From an uncultured Acidobacteriota bacterium (GTDB lineage Bacteria > Acidobacteriota > Terriglobia > UBA7540): DNA of 64,000 nt. Location of the stretch: the NCBI GenBank assembly GCA_963804995.1, contig CAWDSK010000002.1, positions 608,001-672,000 on the forward strand. The letters are read 5' to 3'. The number at the start of each line of letters is the position of its first letter. Within the stretch, counting starts at the first letter, position 1. Below are positions 20,351-29,962 of this stretch, one piece after another. The notes beneath the pieces are model-generated. The model saw only the letters and a list, made by a program, of their open reading frames with translations, did no database searches and was not told the origin of the DNA. Made by a program: the position numbers and the translations under genes.

Positions 20351-21688
20351 ATGAGAGTTTTAGTCCTCGGATCAGGTGGCCGCGAACACGCTCTCGCTTG
20401 GAAGCTGCATGAGAGCCAGCAGGTTGAGGAGCTGTATTGTGCCCCCGGCAATGCCGGTATCGCGCAAGAGGCGGAGTGTCTGCCGGTCGACCTCTCGCAG
20501 CCGAAGGCGATCGTGGAGGTCGCCAAACAAGTTCGCGCCGACCTGACTATCGTCGGGCCGGAAGCCCCGCTGGTGGCCGGGGTGGTCGATGAGTTCGAGA
20601 AAGAGGGCCTGGCGGTCATTGGCCCCAACAAAGCCGCTTCCCGCCTGGAAGGAAGCAAAATCTTTTCCAAGGAGTTCATGCAGCGACACGGCATTCCTTC
20701 CGCCCGATTCATGGTTGCCGATAACTTCGAATCTGCAATGCAGGGCCTGGCCCTCTTCCCACTTCCCGTGGTCATCAAAGCTGACGGGTTGGCCGCGGGC
20801 AAGGGCGTGGTCGTCGCACATAGCAAAGAGGAAGCAGAACAGGCGATCGACGACTTTATGCGGAAGAAGACGCTGGGTGACGCCGGCGACCGCGTGGTCA
20901 TCGAAGAATGCCTGACGGGCGAGGAGACGTCCTTTATCGTGCTCACCGACGGCCGCGGCATTCTCCCTCTCGTGCCGACGCAGGATCATAAAGCGCTGCT
21001 AGATGACGACCGCGGTCCCAATACGGGGGGCATGGGAGCTTTCAGCGATGACTCCATTCTCAGCGAGGAGTTGCGCGATGAAATCCTCCGCTCCATCGTC
21101 GCACCCACGCTGGCAGGCATGGAGATGGAGGGCACCCCTTATCGCGGCTTCCTGTATTGCGGGCTGATGCTGACGCCCGCAGGTCCCATGGTGCTCGAAT
21201 ATAATGTACGCATGGGTGACCCGGAGACCCAGCCCATCCTCATGCGGCTGCGCTCCGATCTCATGGAATTGCTATTGCCGTTGCGGGAAGGCCAGCTCGC
21301 AGCAGTGGATGCCCACTGGAGCCCGAGCCCTGCGGTTTGCGTTGTTCTCGCTTCCAAGGGTTACCCGGGAAGGCCTGAGATTGGCAAGGTCATTACGGGC
21401 TACGAAGGGGCGGAGGCCCTGGGAGGTGTTAAGATATTCCACGCCGGGACCCGGGTGGAGGATCACCAATTGCTCACCGCCGGCGGTCGCGTGCTGGGTG
21501 CTACGGCTATCGCGGAGGATTTGCCTGCCGCCATCCAACGGGCCTATGCGGCGGTCAGCAAGCTGCAGTTTGAAGGGATGCAATACCGCAAGGACATTGG
21601 TGCCAAAGGGCTGCGGGGGATTGCAACCCCGGCGGCGCCCAAGCGTTCACGGAACACGAAAAGTGAGCGTCTTTCGCCACGTAAGTAG
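20351..21688 (+). CDS. purD: Phosphoribosylamine--glycine ligase
   Basis: GSGGREHAL, KADGLAAGKGV, QDHK and GPNTGGMGA motifs. Confidence 0.98.
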   Translation: MRVLVLGSGGREHALAWKLHESQQVEELYCAPGNAGIAQEAECLPVDLSQPKAIVEVAKQVRADLTIVGPEAPLVAGVVDEFEKEGLAVIGPNKAASRLEGSKIFSKEFMQRHGIPSARFMVADNFESAMQGLALFPLPVVIKADGLAAGKGVVVAHSKEEAEQAIDDFMRKKTLGDAGDRVVIEECLTGEETSFIVLTDGRGILPLVPTQDHKALLDDDRGPNTGGMGAFSDDSILSEELRDEILRSIVAPTLAGMEMEGTPYRGFLYCGLMLTPAGPMVLEYNVRMGDPETQPILMRLRSDLMELLLPLREGQLAAVDAHWSPSPAVCVVLASKGYPGRPEIGKVITGYEGAEALGGVKIFHAGTRVEDHQLLTAGGRVLGATAIAEDLPAAIQRAYAAVSKLQFEGMQYRKDIGAKGLRGIATPAAPKRSRNTKSERLSPRK

Positions 21689-21744
21689 CACCGGCACATT
21701 CGGCCGGTGTCATTCAAACCGATCTGAAACGGAGGAGATAGACG

Positions 21745-22254
21745 ATGCCTGAGAAGCCATTGGTTGGCATCCTCATGGGTAGTGACACGGACCTGCCTGT
21801 GATGACAGAAACCGCGCAAACCCTGAAGAAATTCGGTGTTCCCTTTGAAATAGAAATCACTTCTGCCCACCGCTCACCGGCGCGCACGTCGGAGTACGCG
21901 CGCACAGCCGTCAAGCGCGGGTTGAAAGTGCTCATCGTGGGCGCCGGGGGAGCTTCGCACCTGGCGGGCGTGATCGCTGCAGAAACCATTCTACCCGTCA
22001 TCGGTGTGCCCATGGCCACTACCACACTGGCCGGACTTGACGCGCTGCTTTCTACCGTGCAGATGCCCGGCGGCGTGCCCGTGGCCTGCACGGCGATCGG
22101 CAAGCCGGGGGCAATCAACGCCGCTATCTTCGCAGCCCAGATCATCGCCACCTCCGACCCCGCAATCGCGCAGAAGCTATTTGAACATAAGGAACAATTG
22201 GCGCGCTCGGTTGCGGAAAAGTCGGAAAAGCTCAAGCGCGAGTTCCAAATCTAG
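21745..22254 (+). CDS. purE: N5-CAIR mutase
   Basis: MGSDTD, SAHRSP and VQMPGGVPVA motifs. Confidence 0.97.
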   Translation: MPEKPLVGILMGSDTDLPVMTETAQTLKKFGVPFEIEITSAHRSPARTSEYARTAVKRGLKVLIVGAGGASHLAGVIAAETILPVIGVPMATTTLAGLDALLSTVQMPGGVPVACTAIGKPGAINAAIFAAQIIATSDPAIAQKLFEHKEQLARSVAEKSEKLKREFQI

Positions 22255-22378
22255 TTCAGGCCAGGTGCAGCGCGGTTCGGTGACTGTTTCGGATTCCCTC
22301 TGGCGCGGTACTCTGTTTCCTGTAGCGCCGGCCTCGATGACATCTTAGACCAAGCCGCCTGCTCCTCTGGAGGCCAGG

Positions 22379-23329
22379 GTGCTGAGAATTGATTTCCAGG
22401 GTGGCAACACATCCCCGGCTAGATCCTTGCGGTGGTCGGCGCTGGCCGCGTTGGTCTTCCTCTTGGGCACGGCTTCGACGATGGCGGTGCAGGGCGCGAC
22501 ACCTATAAATCGCACCCCCGTGGATGACGCTACGTTCGCGCAGATCGCCGATCTTTTTCAGTACGACCACAACCTGCCGCTCGAGTCCGCGACTATCGGG
22601 GCGTGGCCCTATCGTATCCCCTACGTGATCGAGAAAATCACTTACCGCAGCGCGCACCACGAGCGCGTGCCCGGGTATTTTGCTCATCCCGTTGCAGAGC
22701 AGGGCCGGCGCTTTCCCGCTGTCTTGCTAGTGCATGGCTCAAACGGTTTCTGGGGCAAGAATGAAGATTGGGTGCTGGACTGGCTCAACGTGCTGGTGCG
22801 TTCCGGCCGCGCGGTGCTCGTGATCGATAACTATGGGTTCGGAGAACGCATGTTGACCCCCGACATCGAGGAGGAAAGACTCCTACCTTATGCGATGCGC
22901 GACATGGTTGTGCAGAGTGTGATCGACCAGCGGCGCGGCCTCGACTACCTTGAGACGCGCCCGGAAGTCGACCCCAAGAAGCTCGGCCTCCTGGGGGGTA
23001 GCAGAGGCAGTTGGATTGGGGCAATGGTCGCCGGGCTCAACGGCCGGCTCTCCGCCGTTGTCCTGATTGTCACGCAGGAATCGAACGGTTCGACTGATGA
23101 CCTCGTCCGGCGCTATCGTCACACGCTCAACTTTGTACCTCGCATCACCGCTCCTGTGATGTTAGTGAACGCCACACAGGATAAACCCGTGCGCTCCGAG
23201 CTTGCCAAAGAGATGATGAAACTCCTGCGCGTACCCAAGCGCCAGGTCTGGTATGAGAGCGGGCATTACATCGCCCCGAAGACCGGCAACAAGGAAGCGT
23301 TGGAATGGTTTGACAACTATCTGAAATGA
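22379..23329 (+). CDS. Secreted alpha/beta hydrolase (esterase/peptidase-like)
   Basis: Signal-like N-terminus, LLVHG, RGLDYLETRPEVD, GGSRG elbow, C-terminal SGH. Confidence 0.8.
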   Translation: MLRIDFQGGNTSPARSLRWSALAALVFLLGTASTMAVQGATPINRTPVDDATFAQIADLFQYDHNLPLESATIGAWPYRIPYVIEKITYRSAHHERVPGYFAHPVAEQGRRFPAVLLVHGSNGFWGKNEDWVLDWLNVLVRSGRAVLVIDNYGFGERMLTPDIEEERLLPYAMRDMVVQSVIDQRRGLDYLETRPEVDPKKLGLLGGSRGSWIGAMVAGLNGRLSAVVLIVTQESNGSTDDLVRRYRHTLNFVPRITAPVMLVNATQDKPVRSELAKEMMKLLRVPKRQVWYESGHYIAPKTGNKEALEWFDNYLK

Positions 23330-23455
23330 CCGGGCGCGCGGCGAGTTCCGGGTGACCGCTGCGAGCTCAGTCAATTCCTTTCCATTTAGACTCCCTTTGC
23401 TGATTCCTATATTCGTAGTAGGCTCAGAGAGCACCGTCAGCAAGGAGCGTTTTTG

Positions 23456-24130
23456 ATGTTCATCGGGCACTTTGGAGTCGCGCTGGCCGCGAAAAAAGTG
23501 ACGCCACGCACCTCGCTCGGCACGCTGGTGATGGCGGCGCAGTTCACCGACCTCCTCTGGCCGATCTTCCTTCTCCTGGGGGTCGAGAAAGTCGTAATTG
23601 CTCCGGGCAACACGGTGGTCACGCCGCTGGATTTTATTTCCTACCCCCTCTCACACAGCCTGCTCGCCGACCTTGGGTGGGCCAGCCTTTTTGCGGGTAT
23701 CTACAAACTAGTGAAACACGACTCGCGCGGGGCCCTCTGCCTGTGGTTTGTGCTGATGAGCCACTGGATACTTGATGCGCTCACCCATCGCCCTGACCTC
23801 CCACTCTATCCTGGTAGTTCAACATACGTCGGCCTGGGTCTTTGGAATTCGCGCCTGGGGACTATTCTCGTTGAGGGGGCGATTTTCACGCTCGGCGTGA
23901 TGCTTTACGCGAACACCACTCGGCCGCGCGACCGTATCGGCATTTACGCATTCAGGACATTTGTTGCGCTGCTGGTCTTGTTCTACGTTGCGAACCTCTT
24001 CGGCCCACCGCCGCCTAGCTCGAAGGCCGTCGCCCTCGGCAGCCTCAGCCTTTGGCTCTTCGTAGCTTGGGCTTACTGGTTTGATCGCCACCGGCAGCAA
24101 CCGCCCCTTCTAAATCCGGGTTGCGAATAA
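23456..24130 (+). CDS. Membrane metal-dependent hydrolase (YdjM-like)
   Basis: MFIGH, PLSHSL and SHWILD..THRPD motifs; multiple TM segments. Confidence 0.75.
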   Translation: MFIGHFGVALAAKKVTPRTSLGTLVMAAQFTDLLWPIFLLLGVEKVVIAPGNTVVTPLDFISYPLSHSLLADLGWASLFAGIYKLVKHDSRGALCLWFVLMSHWILDALTHRPDLPLYPGSSTYVGLGLWNSRLGTILVEGAIFTLGVMLYANTTRPRDRIGIYAFRTFVALLVLFYVANLFGPPPPSSKAVALGSLSLWLFVAWAYWFDRHRQQPPLLNPGCE

Positions 24131-24292
24131 GCTTCAGTCCGAGCATGCTCCCGCCTCGGCAGCGTTCGGAGCGGTCTTTTGCAAATACGTAAACGCTGCT
24201 TGACTCCCACCACGCAGAACACTATCTTTCCTTCCATACCATTGCTGGGAACTTTCGCGAACCGTTGAAGACTCGCCGAAGGGGATTCCAAG

Positions 24293-25400
24293 ATGCCCAA
24301 GCCCTTATCTGCTGTCGATTGCATCAGCCCCGCGCTGGAGCGGACCAAGCGGCAACTCTTCGCGCCCTTTCGCTTCCGCCGTTGGGCGCGCCTCGCGATC
24401 GTTTGCCTGATCACGGGCGAATTCGCCGGTGGTGGCGGATATACAGGGGGCTTCAACTACCAGCCGACACGGTCCCGCGGCGGCCACACTGCCTTACTCC
24501 TCCGGCCCATCGATTGGCGAGTTCTTGAAAGCTTCTTGCCATGGATTATCCTCGGCGTTGGCCTGCTGCTCCTGCTCATCCTCCTCTGGATTTATGCCGC
24601 CGCAGTGTATCGCTTCGTCCTCTTCGACTCCGTCGTTTACGATCGCTGCGAGTTGAAAGGAAGCTGGAGCCGTTGGGAATCTGCGGGCCGAAGCTACTTC
24701 TTCTGGTGCCTCTCGCTGTTTTTCACTGTCTGGGCAGCGCTGCTCGTGCTGATTGGCGGGCCGGTCTTTCTTGCATGGCGCGCCGGGATTTTTCAACACC
24801 CTCGCGCACACCTGGCCCCCCTGATTCTGGGCGGTATCGCGCTCCTCTTCCTGGTGGTTGTGATTTTTGTGACCAGCGCGATCGTGGCGGTCTTTGCCAA
24901 GGATTTCTGCGTTGCCGCTCATGGCGATGGAAAACGTGGGTGTGCTTGACGCCTGGCGCCGCCTGCTCCCCATGCTGGCGGCTGAGAAGATGGCTTACAC
25001 CGGCTTCGTGCTGATGAAGATCATTCTGGCCATGGGGAGCGCCATCATCTTCGGCATCGCCACGCTGCTGGCCCTGATTATTGTGGCAATTCCGTTGGTC
25101 ATCGCCGGAGTGATCTTATTCTTTGTGGGCAAAGCTGCCGGCCTCGCGTGGGGCCCCGCAACCCTCATCATCTTGGTTATCGTGGGAGGCATCCTGCTAA
25201 CTGGCATTATCTATTTGATTGCGCTCATCAGCACGCCGCCCATGGTGTTCTTCCAATCTTACGTGCTTCACTTCTTCGGCGGCCGTTACCCGGCGCTCGG
25301 CGCCATTGTTTCTCCCCCTCCGCCTGAACCCCAGCCTGCTCCTTCCCTGGAAGGACCACCGGGATTTGAGCTGCCCCCGGCACCGGCACCCACAGCGTAA
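24293..25400 (+). CDS. Multi-pass membrane protein of unknown function (frameshift near 24911-24914)
   Basis: Two overlapping hydrophobic ORFs join as KDFCVPLMAMEN after removing one base; Pro-rich tail. Confidence 0.7.
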
Positions 25401-25506
25401 AACGGCTTCTTGAATTGATCCGGATTGGATAAGGGAACCTCGCGGAAAGTTATTCTAGGCCGCAGGAGTTAAGGGTATCCCACCAGTGGACCCGGAAGGT
25501 CGCTGG

Positions 25507-26083
25507 CTACTTCTTTGTTCGGCTGCCGGGTTTTACGGCGGGGATACCGGCTTTGCACAGCGGACAGTCGGCAGGATTGTAGTTCTGAATCTGCAGTGTG
25601 ACGAGCGCGGCTTTGGGCAAACCCAGGTCCGCCGTGCCGCCGCTGCGGTCAATAAGCGCGCCCGTGCCCACCACCTTGGCGCCTGCCTGCTCGACGCACT
25701 GGATCGTCTCGCGCGTGGACAGGCCCGTGGTGATCACATCCTCAACCACCAGGGCGAGCTTCGCCGGGCGCCAGACTGAACCCGCGCCGCAGCGTCATGG
25801 CGCCTTCCTGCCGCTCCGTGAAAAGTGCGCGCACGCCCAGGGCTCGAGCCACCTCGTGGGCCACCAGGACTCCACCCAGCGCCGGCGCCGCCACCACCGC
25901 GGCTCCCAGGTGACGCAACTTTTCCGCTAATAAAGCGCCCAACTGTTCCGCCACGCGCGGATGTTGCAGCACCAGCGCGCACTGCACATAGCGATTACTG
26001 TGCAGGCCCGATGAAAGTATGAAGTGCCCTTCGAGAACAGCCGAATGTTTGCGAAAGATATCGAGAATCTCGTTTTCAGTCAT
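25507..26083 (-). CDS. pyrE: Orotate phosphoribosyltransferase (frameshift near 25760)
   Basis: LEGHFILSSGLHS in ORF 25742-26083; PRPP motif VVEDVITTG in ORF 25507-25749. Confidence 0.92.
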
Positions 26084-26838
26084 GAGTGTTGAACCTGGGA
26101 TGCAGGGGATAGGAGTGCCTTTTCCATTTCCGCGGCGATGGCGCCCGCGGCTGCAGCGGGGTCTGACGCCCCAGTGATGGGCCGTCCGATGACCAGATAA
26201 TCTGCGCCGGCCCGGAGGGCGCTCTCAGGAGTTGCGATCCGGGCCTGATCGTCACTGGAGGCGGAGGCAGGCCTGATGCCGGGCGTAACAATCAGGAAGT
26301 CAGGCCCGCAAGCTTTGCGAATCGCGGAGATTTCCTGCGGCGAGGCCACGACGCCATCGACCCCGGCCGATTGCGCCAGCCGCGCCAACCGAACCACCAT
26401 CTCTTCCGGAGAGCCCTGGAAGCCCACTTCCGCCAGGTCCTCTGCGCCGAGGCTGGTAAGCACCGTGACCGCCAGCAGACGGGTGGGCGTTGCGGCCCGC
26501 GCACTCTGAGCTGAGCGAATCCCTTCGAGGGCCGCTTCCATCATCTTGCGTCCGCCGGAGGCGTGAACGTTCACCAGGCTCACGCCCAGCGTTGCCGCCT
26601 GCCGTGCTGCCGCACGCACGGTGTTCGGGATATCGTGGAACTTGAGATCGAGGAAAACCTTCTCGCCTGTGGCAATAAGGTAGCGCGCCAGCACGGGGCC
26701 CTCCGCCGTGAAGACCTCTGAGCCGACCTTAAACATCCCCACATGGCCGTGCAGCTTTTGCGCAATGTGCAGGGCGGCGTCCGCGCTCGGAACATCGAGC
26801 GCCACAATGATTTTTTCTCTGGCAGGCATGGACCCCAT
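26080..26838 (-). CDS. pyrF: Orotidine-5'-phosphate decarboxylase
   Basis: IVALD, FLDLKFHDIPNTV, VTPGIR, DDQAR and VIGRPIT motifs. Confidence 0.97.
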   Translation of the reverse strand: MGSMPAREKIIVALDVPSADAALHIAQKLHGHVGMFKVGSEVFTAEGPVLARYLIATGEKVFLDLKFHDIPNTVRAAARQAATLGVSLVNVHASGGRKMMEAALEGIRSAQSARAATPTRLLAVTVLTSLGAEDLAEVGFQGSPEEMVVRLARLAQSAGVDGVVASPQEISAIRKACGPDFLIVTPGIRPASASSDDQARIATPESALRAGADYLVIGRPITGASDPAAAAGAIAAEMEKALLSPASQVQHS

Positions 26839-26899
26839 TTTAATGGAACTGTGTTGAAAGGGGAAATTGAAACTTCCCGGGCCGCAAATCCGGCACGTT

Positions 26900-27395
26900 T
26901 CGTAGGGGCACCACGTGTGGCAAGCTTGTCCAAATTATGCTCCGCGCGGCAAGGCATGACCTGCGGCGCTGGTCGCCACGGCGACAAAGGCTGCGGAACT
27001 CCCCTCCTGATTTAGGAGGGGTGGCGCCGTAGGCGACGGGGTGGTTACCCATCCGCCGGGCGGGTTGACACTACGATCAGCACGACGTCTTTATCTTGTC
27101 AGCACCACCCCGGCGCGCGGCCCCGATGATCAATTTGGAAAGAACGCGCTATCGGGGCTCGGCGCGCCACCCCTCCTCATCTGAGGCTGTCTCAAAACTA
27201 GGTATTTCTGACTGTTGCACAGCGTAAGTTATTGATTATTCGTCGTAAAAACCGTGAATTTGCCAGTTTTGAGACAGCCTCATCTGAGGAGGGGAGTTCT
27301 TTTTACGGTGAGGCCGCTCGGGTCACTCGCTAATTTGGACAGCCCTGCCCCTTGTGGGCGCCCCCCACAAGGGCCCCACGAGGGGTGCCCCTACA
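26900..27395. repeat. Intergenic cluster of palindromic repeats
   Basis: CCCCTCCT..AGGAGGGG pair, CCCCGAT..ATCGGGG, GTAGGGGCACC and GGGTGCCCCTAC. Confidence 0.75.
27183..27281. mobile_element. 99-bp MITE with 17-bp TIRs inserted in a palindrome loop
   Basis: GAGGCTGTCTCAAAACT...AGTTTTGAGACAGCCTC flanked by duplicated ATCT. Confidence 0.8.
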
Positions 27396-27981
27396 AGATG
27401 CGTTGGTCGTGGCCTCGCCGCGCTGTGTCACCCTCCGCGCCAAAGAGTTCACGGAACTCATCAGAGGATTTCCGCAACGCCAGCCAATCCTCGATCAGGT
27501 CTGGTGTTTCGAGCCAGACCTGAAACCAGCGTGCGATCTCCAACTTTTCGCGGCGCTTTTCAGCCTTAACGCGCGGGTTCCGAGACAGGCTCTGCGCGCG
27601 CAACTTCCCTTTCTTCACGAGCGCCAGTACCCACCTTGCCCCGTCATCATCCCCGGCGCCTTGATACTCGCGATGCATGGTATCAAGCTTTCGCAAGGAC
27701 CTTTCCGCGCTCGCGAGATCATGAAACTCCAGCACACCTTTCAGCCGGCTCGCGTAAGGCTCCGGCATCATAGGATCCGAATAACGGTCTTCGTATTGGA
27801 CCTTGTACTCCGCGTCTCGTAGAACCGCGGCAATGTAAGCGAGCGAGGTCCGGTCGTCAGGCCCCAGCCGGCGCCGGAGCTCGTCGCGGATGGCGCGCAG
27901 GTCAGAAGCCTCGACGGTTTGCAGGTTTTGCGCCGCACAAAAATCAAGAATGATCCGCTTTTTGCTGATCTCGGGAGACAT
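27391..27981 (-). CDS. Hypothetical helical protein overlapping the 3' end of mltG
   Basis: MSPEISKKRIILDFC...EIARWFQVWLETPDLIEDWLALRK; coding-like codon usage, operonic position. Confidence 0.7.
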   Translation of the reverse strand: MSPEISKKRIILDFCAAQNLQTVEASDLRAIRDELRRRLGPDDRTSLAYIAAVLRDAEYKVQYEDRYSDPMMPEPYASRLKGVLEFHDLASAERSLRKLDTMHREYQGAGDDDGARWVLALVKKGKLRAQSLSRNPRVKAEKRREKLEIARWFQVWLETPDLIEDWLALRKSSDEFRELFGAEGDTARRGHDQRIL

Positions 27982-29077
27982 CTTTTTTTGCCCCGCCAAT
28001 CTTCCGGGAGTCGCCCTTCCGCTGGGTCGTGGAAGATTTGCCGGGAGAATCGGGTTTTTGCGATGCCGCGCGCCGCAGGGCTGCAACTTCGCGCCGGTAA
28101 TGCGCCACATTGCGCTGGTGTTCAGCAAGGTTTGCAGCAAATATGTGGCCCCCGTGATTGTTGCTCACGAAGTAAAGCGTATCGCCATCATCCGGGTGGA
28201 ATGCCGCGCGTATCGAGGCCTCACCGGGACTGGCAATGGGCCCAGGAGGCAAACCTGCGTGTCGATACGTATTGAACGGTGAGTCAAAGTTCAGGTCTTT
28301 CGTTGTGATGGCGCCGATGGCCCGGTGGGCGATGCGCGCGGCGTAGACCACGGTTGGGTCGCACTGCAAAGGCATGCCTTTTTCGAGCCGGCGGGTGAAC
28401 ACACCTGCCACCATCGGCCGCTCCGCGGGGTTGGGCGTCTCCTTTTCCACGAGGGAGGCCAACGATATCGCCGCATGAAGTTTCTCGAGCCCCGCAGCCA
28501 TTTCGTTATGAAAGCGCGTTTGGAGGACGTGCCGGAAGCGTGCCAGCATCGTGGCAACAACAGTCGCTGCTACTGTCCGCCGTGGGAATCGGTAGGTGTC
28601 CGGAAAAAGGTAACCTTCGAGTGAGGGCGCCTGGGGATCCAGGTCCTGGATCAGCGCCGTCTGCTCGGTGGTGCGCAGGAAAGCAGCAGGGTCGATACCC
28701 ATGCGCTCCTCGAAGACTCGCGCCATATCGAATCGGTCGGAGCCTTCGGGAATCACCACGGGATGGAGATAGACTTCCCCCAGAATCAATTTGCGGTAAA
28801 CATCGATAGGGCGCAGCGGCCGATCAAAAAAATATTCGCCTGCCTCTAGACGCTTATGGGCGCGTCCCAGGCCGTAGCGGATGAGAAAGGGAATCCGATG
28901 CGCGAGCACTCCCCGTTCGACGAGCAGGCCAGCGATGGCGCGCCCGTCCATGCCAGGTGCAATTTCGACCATTAGGTCGCCCGTGAAGCCGCGGTAAGGA
29001 CGATAGAGGTCGCGTGCCACCCAGGCTGCGCCCGCCAGGCCCAGAACCACGACCACCGCTGCGAGTTTACGCTTCAT
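27944..29077 (-). CDS. mltG: Endolytic transglycosylase
   Basis: LEGYLFPDTY, LASLVEKET, LQCDPTV and FNTY..GLPPGPI motifs. Confidence 0.96.
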   Translation of the reverse strand: MKRKLAAVVVVLGLAGAAWVARDLYRPYRGFTGDLMVEIAPGMDGRAIAGLLVERGVLAHRIPFLIRYGLGRAHKRLEAGEYFFDRPLRPIDVYRKLILGEVYLHPVVIPEGSDRFDMARVFEERMGIDPAAFLRTTEQTALIQDLDPQAPSLEGYLFPDTYRFPRRTVAATVVATMLARFRHVLQTRFHNEMAAGLEKLHAAISLASLVEKETPNPAERPMVAGVFTRRLEKGMPLQCDPTVVYAARIAHRAIGAITTKDLNFDSPFNTYRHAGLPPGPIASPGEASIRAAFHPDDGDTLYFVSNNHGGHIFAANLAEHQRNVAHYRREVAALRRAASQKPDSPGKSSTTQRKGDSRKIGGAKKDVSRDQQKADHS

Positions 29078-29523
29078 TCCTCGGTCCTGCCCTGCCGGTT
29101 GCGTTCGTTTTCGAGGTAGTCCAGATAACTTTGCAACAGCAAGACCGCCGCCACGCGGTCGACGGCGCGCTGGCGCTTGCCGAGGCTCATTCCGGATTCC
29201 CGCAACGCCCGGTTCGCCTCGACGCTGGTCAGGCGCTCGTCCCGCAATTCCACCTTGCACGGAAGATGCCGTCGAAGCTTTTCCGCAAATTCCGCGGCCC
29301 GTTGCGACATGTCTGTCGCGCCGCCTCCGTGGCCGATGGGGTTTCCCACCAGAACCTGCTCAACGGAGTATTCCTCCACAAGGGCACGCAGTCGCTCCAG
29401 ATCATGGGCCAAGCGCGTCCGCTCGAGCGTGGGCAAACCCTGCGCCGTGATGCCCAGGGCGTCAGACACAGCCAAGCCCATACGCCGGGTGCCAAAATCA
29501 ATCGCTAAGATGCGCGAACTCAT
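29074..29523 (-). CDS. ruvX: Holliday-junction-resolvase-like RuvX/YqgF
   Basis: ILAIDFGTRRMGLAVSD, DERLTS and VDRVAAVLLLQSYL motifs. Confidence 0.95.
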   Translation of the reverse strand: MSSRILAIDFGTRRMGLAVSDALGITAQGLPTLERTRLAHDLERLRALVEEYSVEQVLVGNPIGHGGGATDMSQRAAEFAEKLRRHLPCKVELRDERLTSVEANRALRESGMSLGKRQRAVDRVAAVLLLQSYLDYLENERNRQGRTEE

Positions 29524-29666
29524 AAGCATATTCCGGTGGCCCGAGAAGCTGTCAGCCTTTCCAGCAGCGGCCTGAATACGCCATCTTCGCCGCTGCATCC
29601 TGAGTTCGATGATACACCCATCCAGCAGAATCGCGAGCGCAGACGGCAATCGTTGCGACGGCGGAT

Positions 29667-29814
29667 GGTGGATCAATTGGATGTAGAGGCGGCGGAATTT
29701 ATGCCGATCTTATCGGGACGCCGCCATTTGGCGAGGTAATGGCGAGGTAAACTCGCCCCTACGTTTCGAGGTGGCGGGGTAAACTCGCCGCTACGACATC
29801 AAATTAACCCACCC
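29667..29814. repeat. TIR-flanked REP array with duplicated right arm
   Basis: GTAGAGGCGGC..CCGATCTTATCGGG..CGCCGCC, repeated GGCGAGGTAAACTCGCC, end TCAAATTAACCCACCC. Confidence 0.8.
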
Positions 29815-29962
29815 CCCGACGGCGCCCCTCCTGGGATTCGCGCGTGGGGCGTGATACACAATTGTCGAAGCTTGCTTGAGTTCAGGGATAATCGTATAAC
29901 CAAGGAAACCGCTCGGGAGACGGGCATCAGCATACTGTGCGTGGACGGGACGGACGACAAAC

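Noticed and set aside
15230..25765. Programmed ribosomal frameshifting in scpA, rluB or pyrE
   Set aside because: No slippery heptamers and no precedent I know of for these genes; sequencing indels are more parsimonious.
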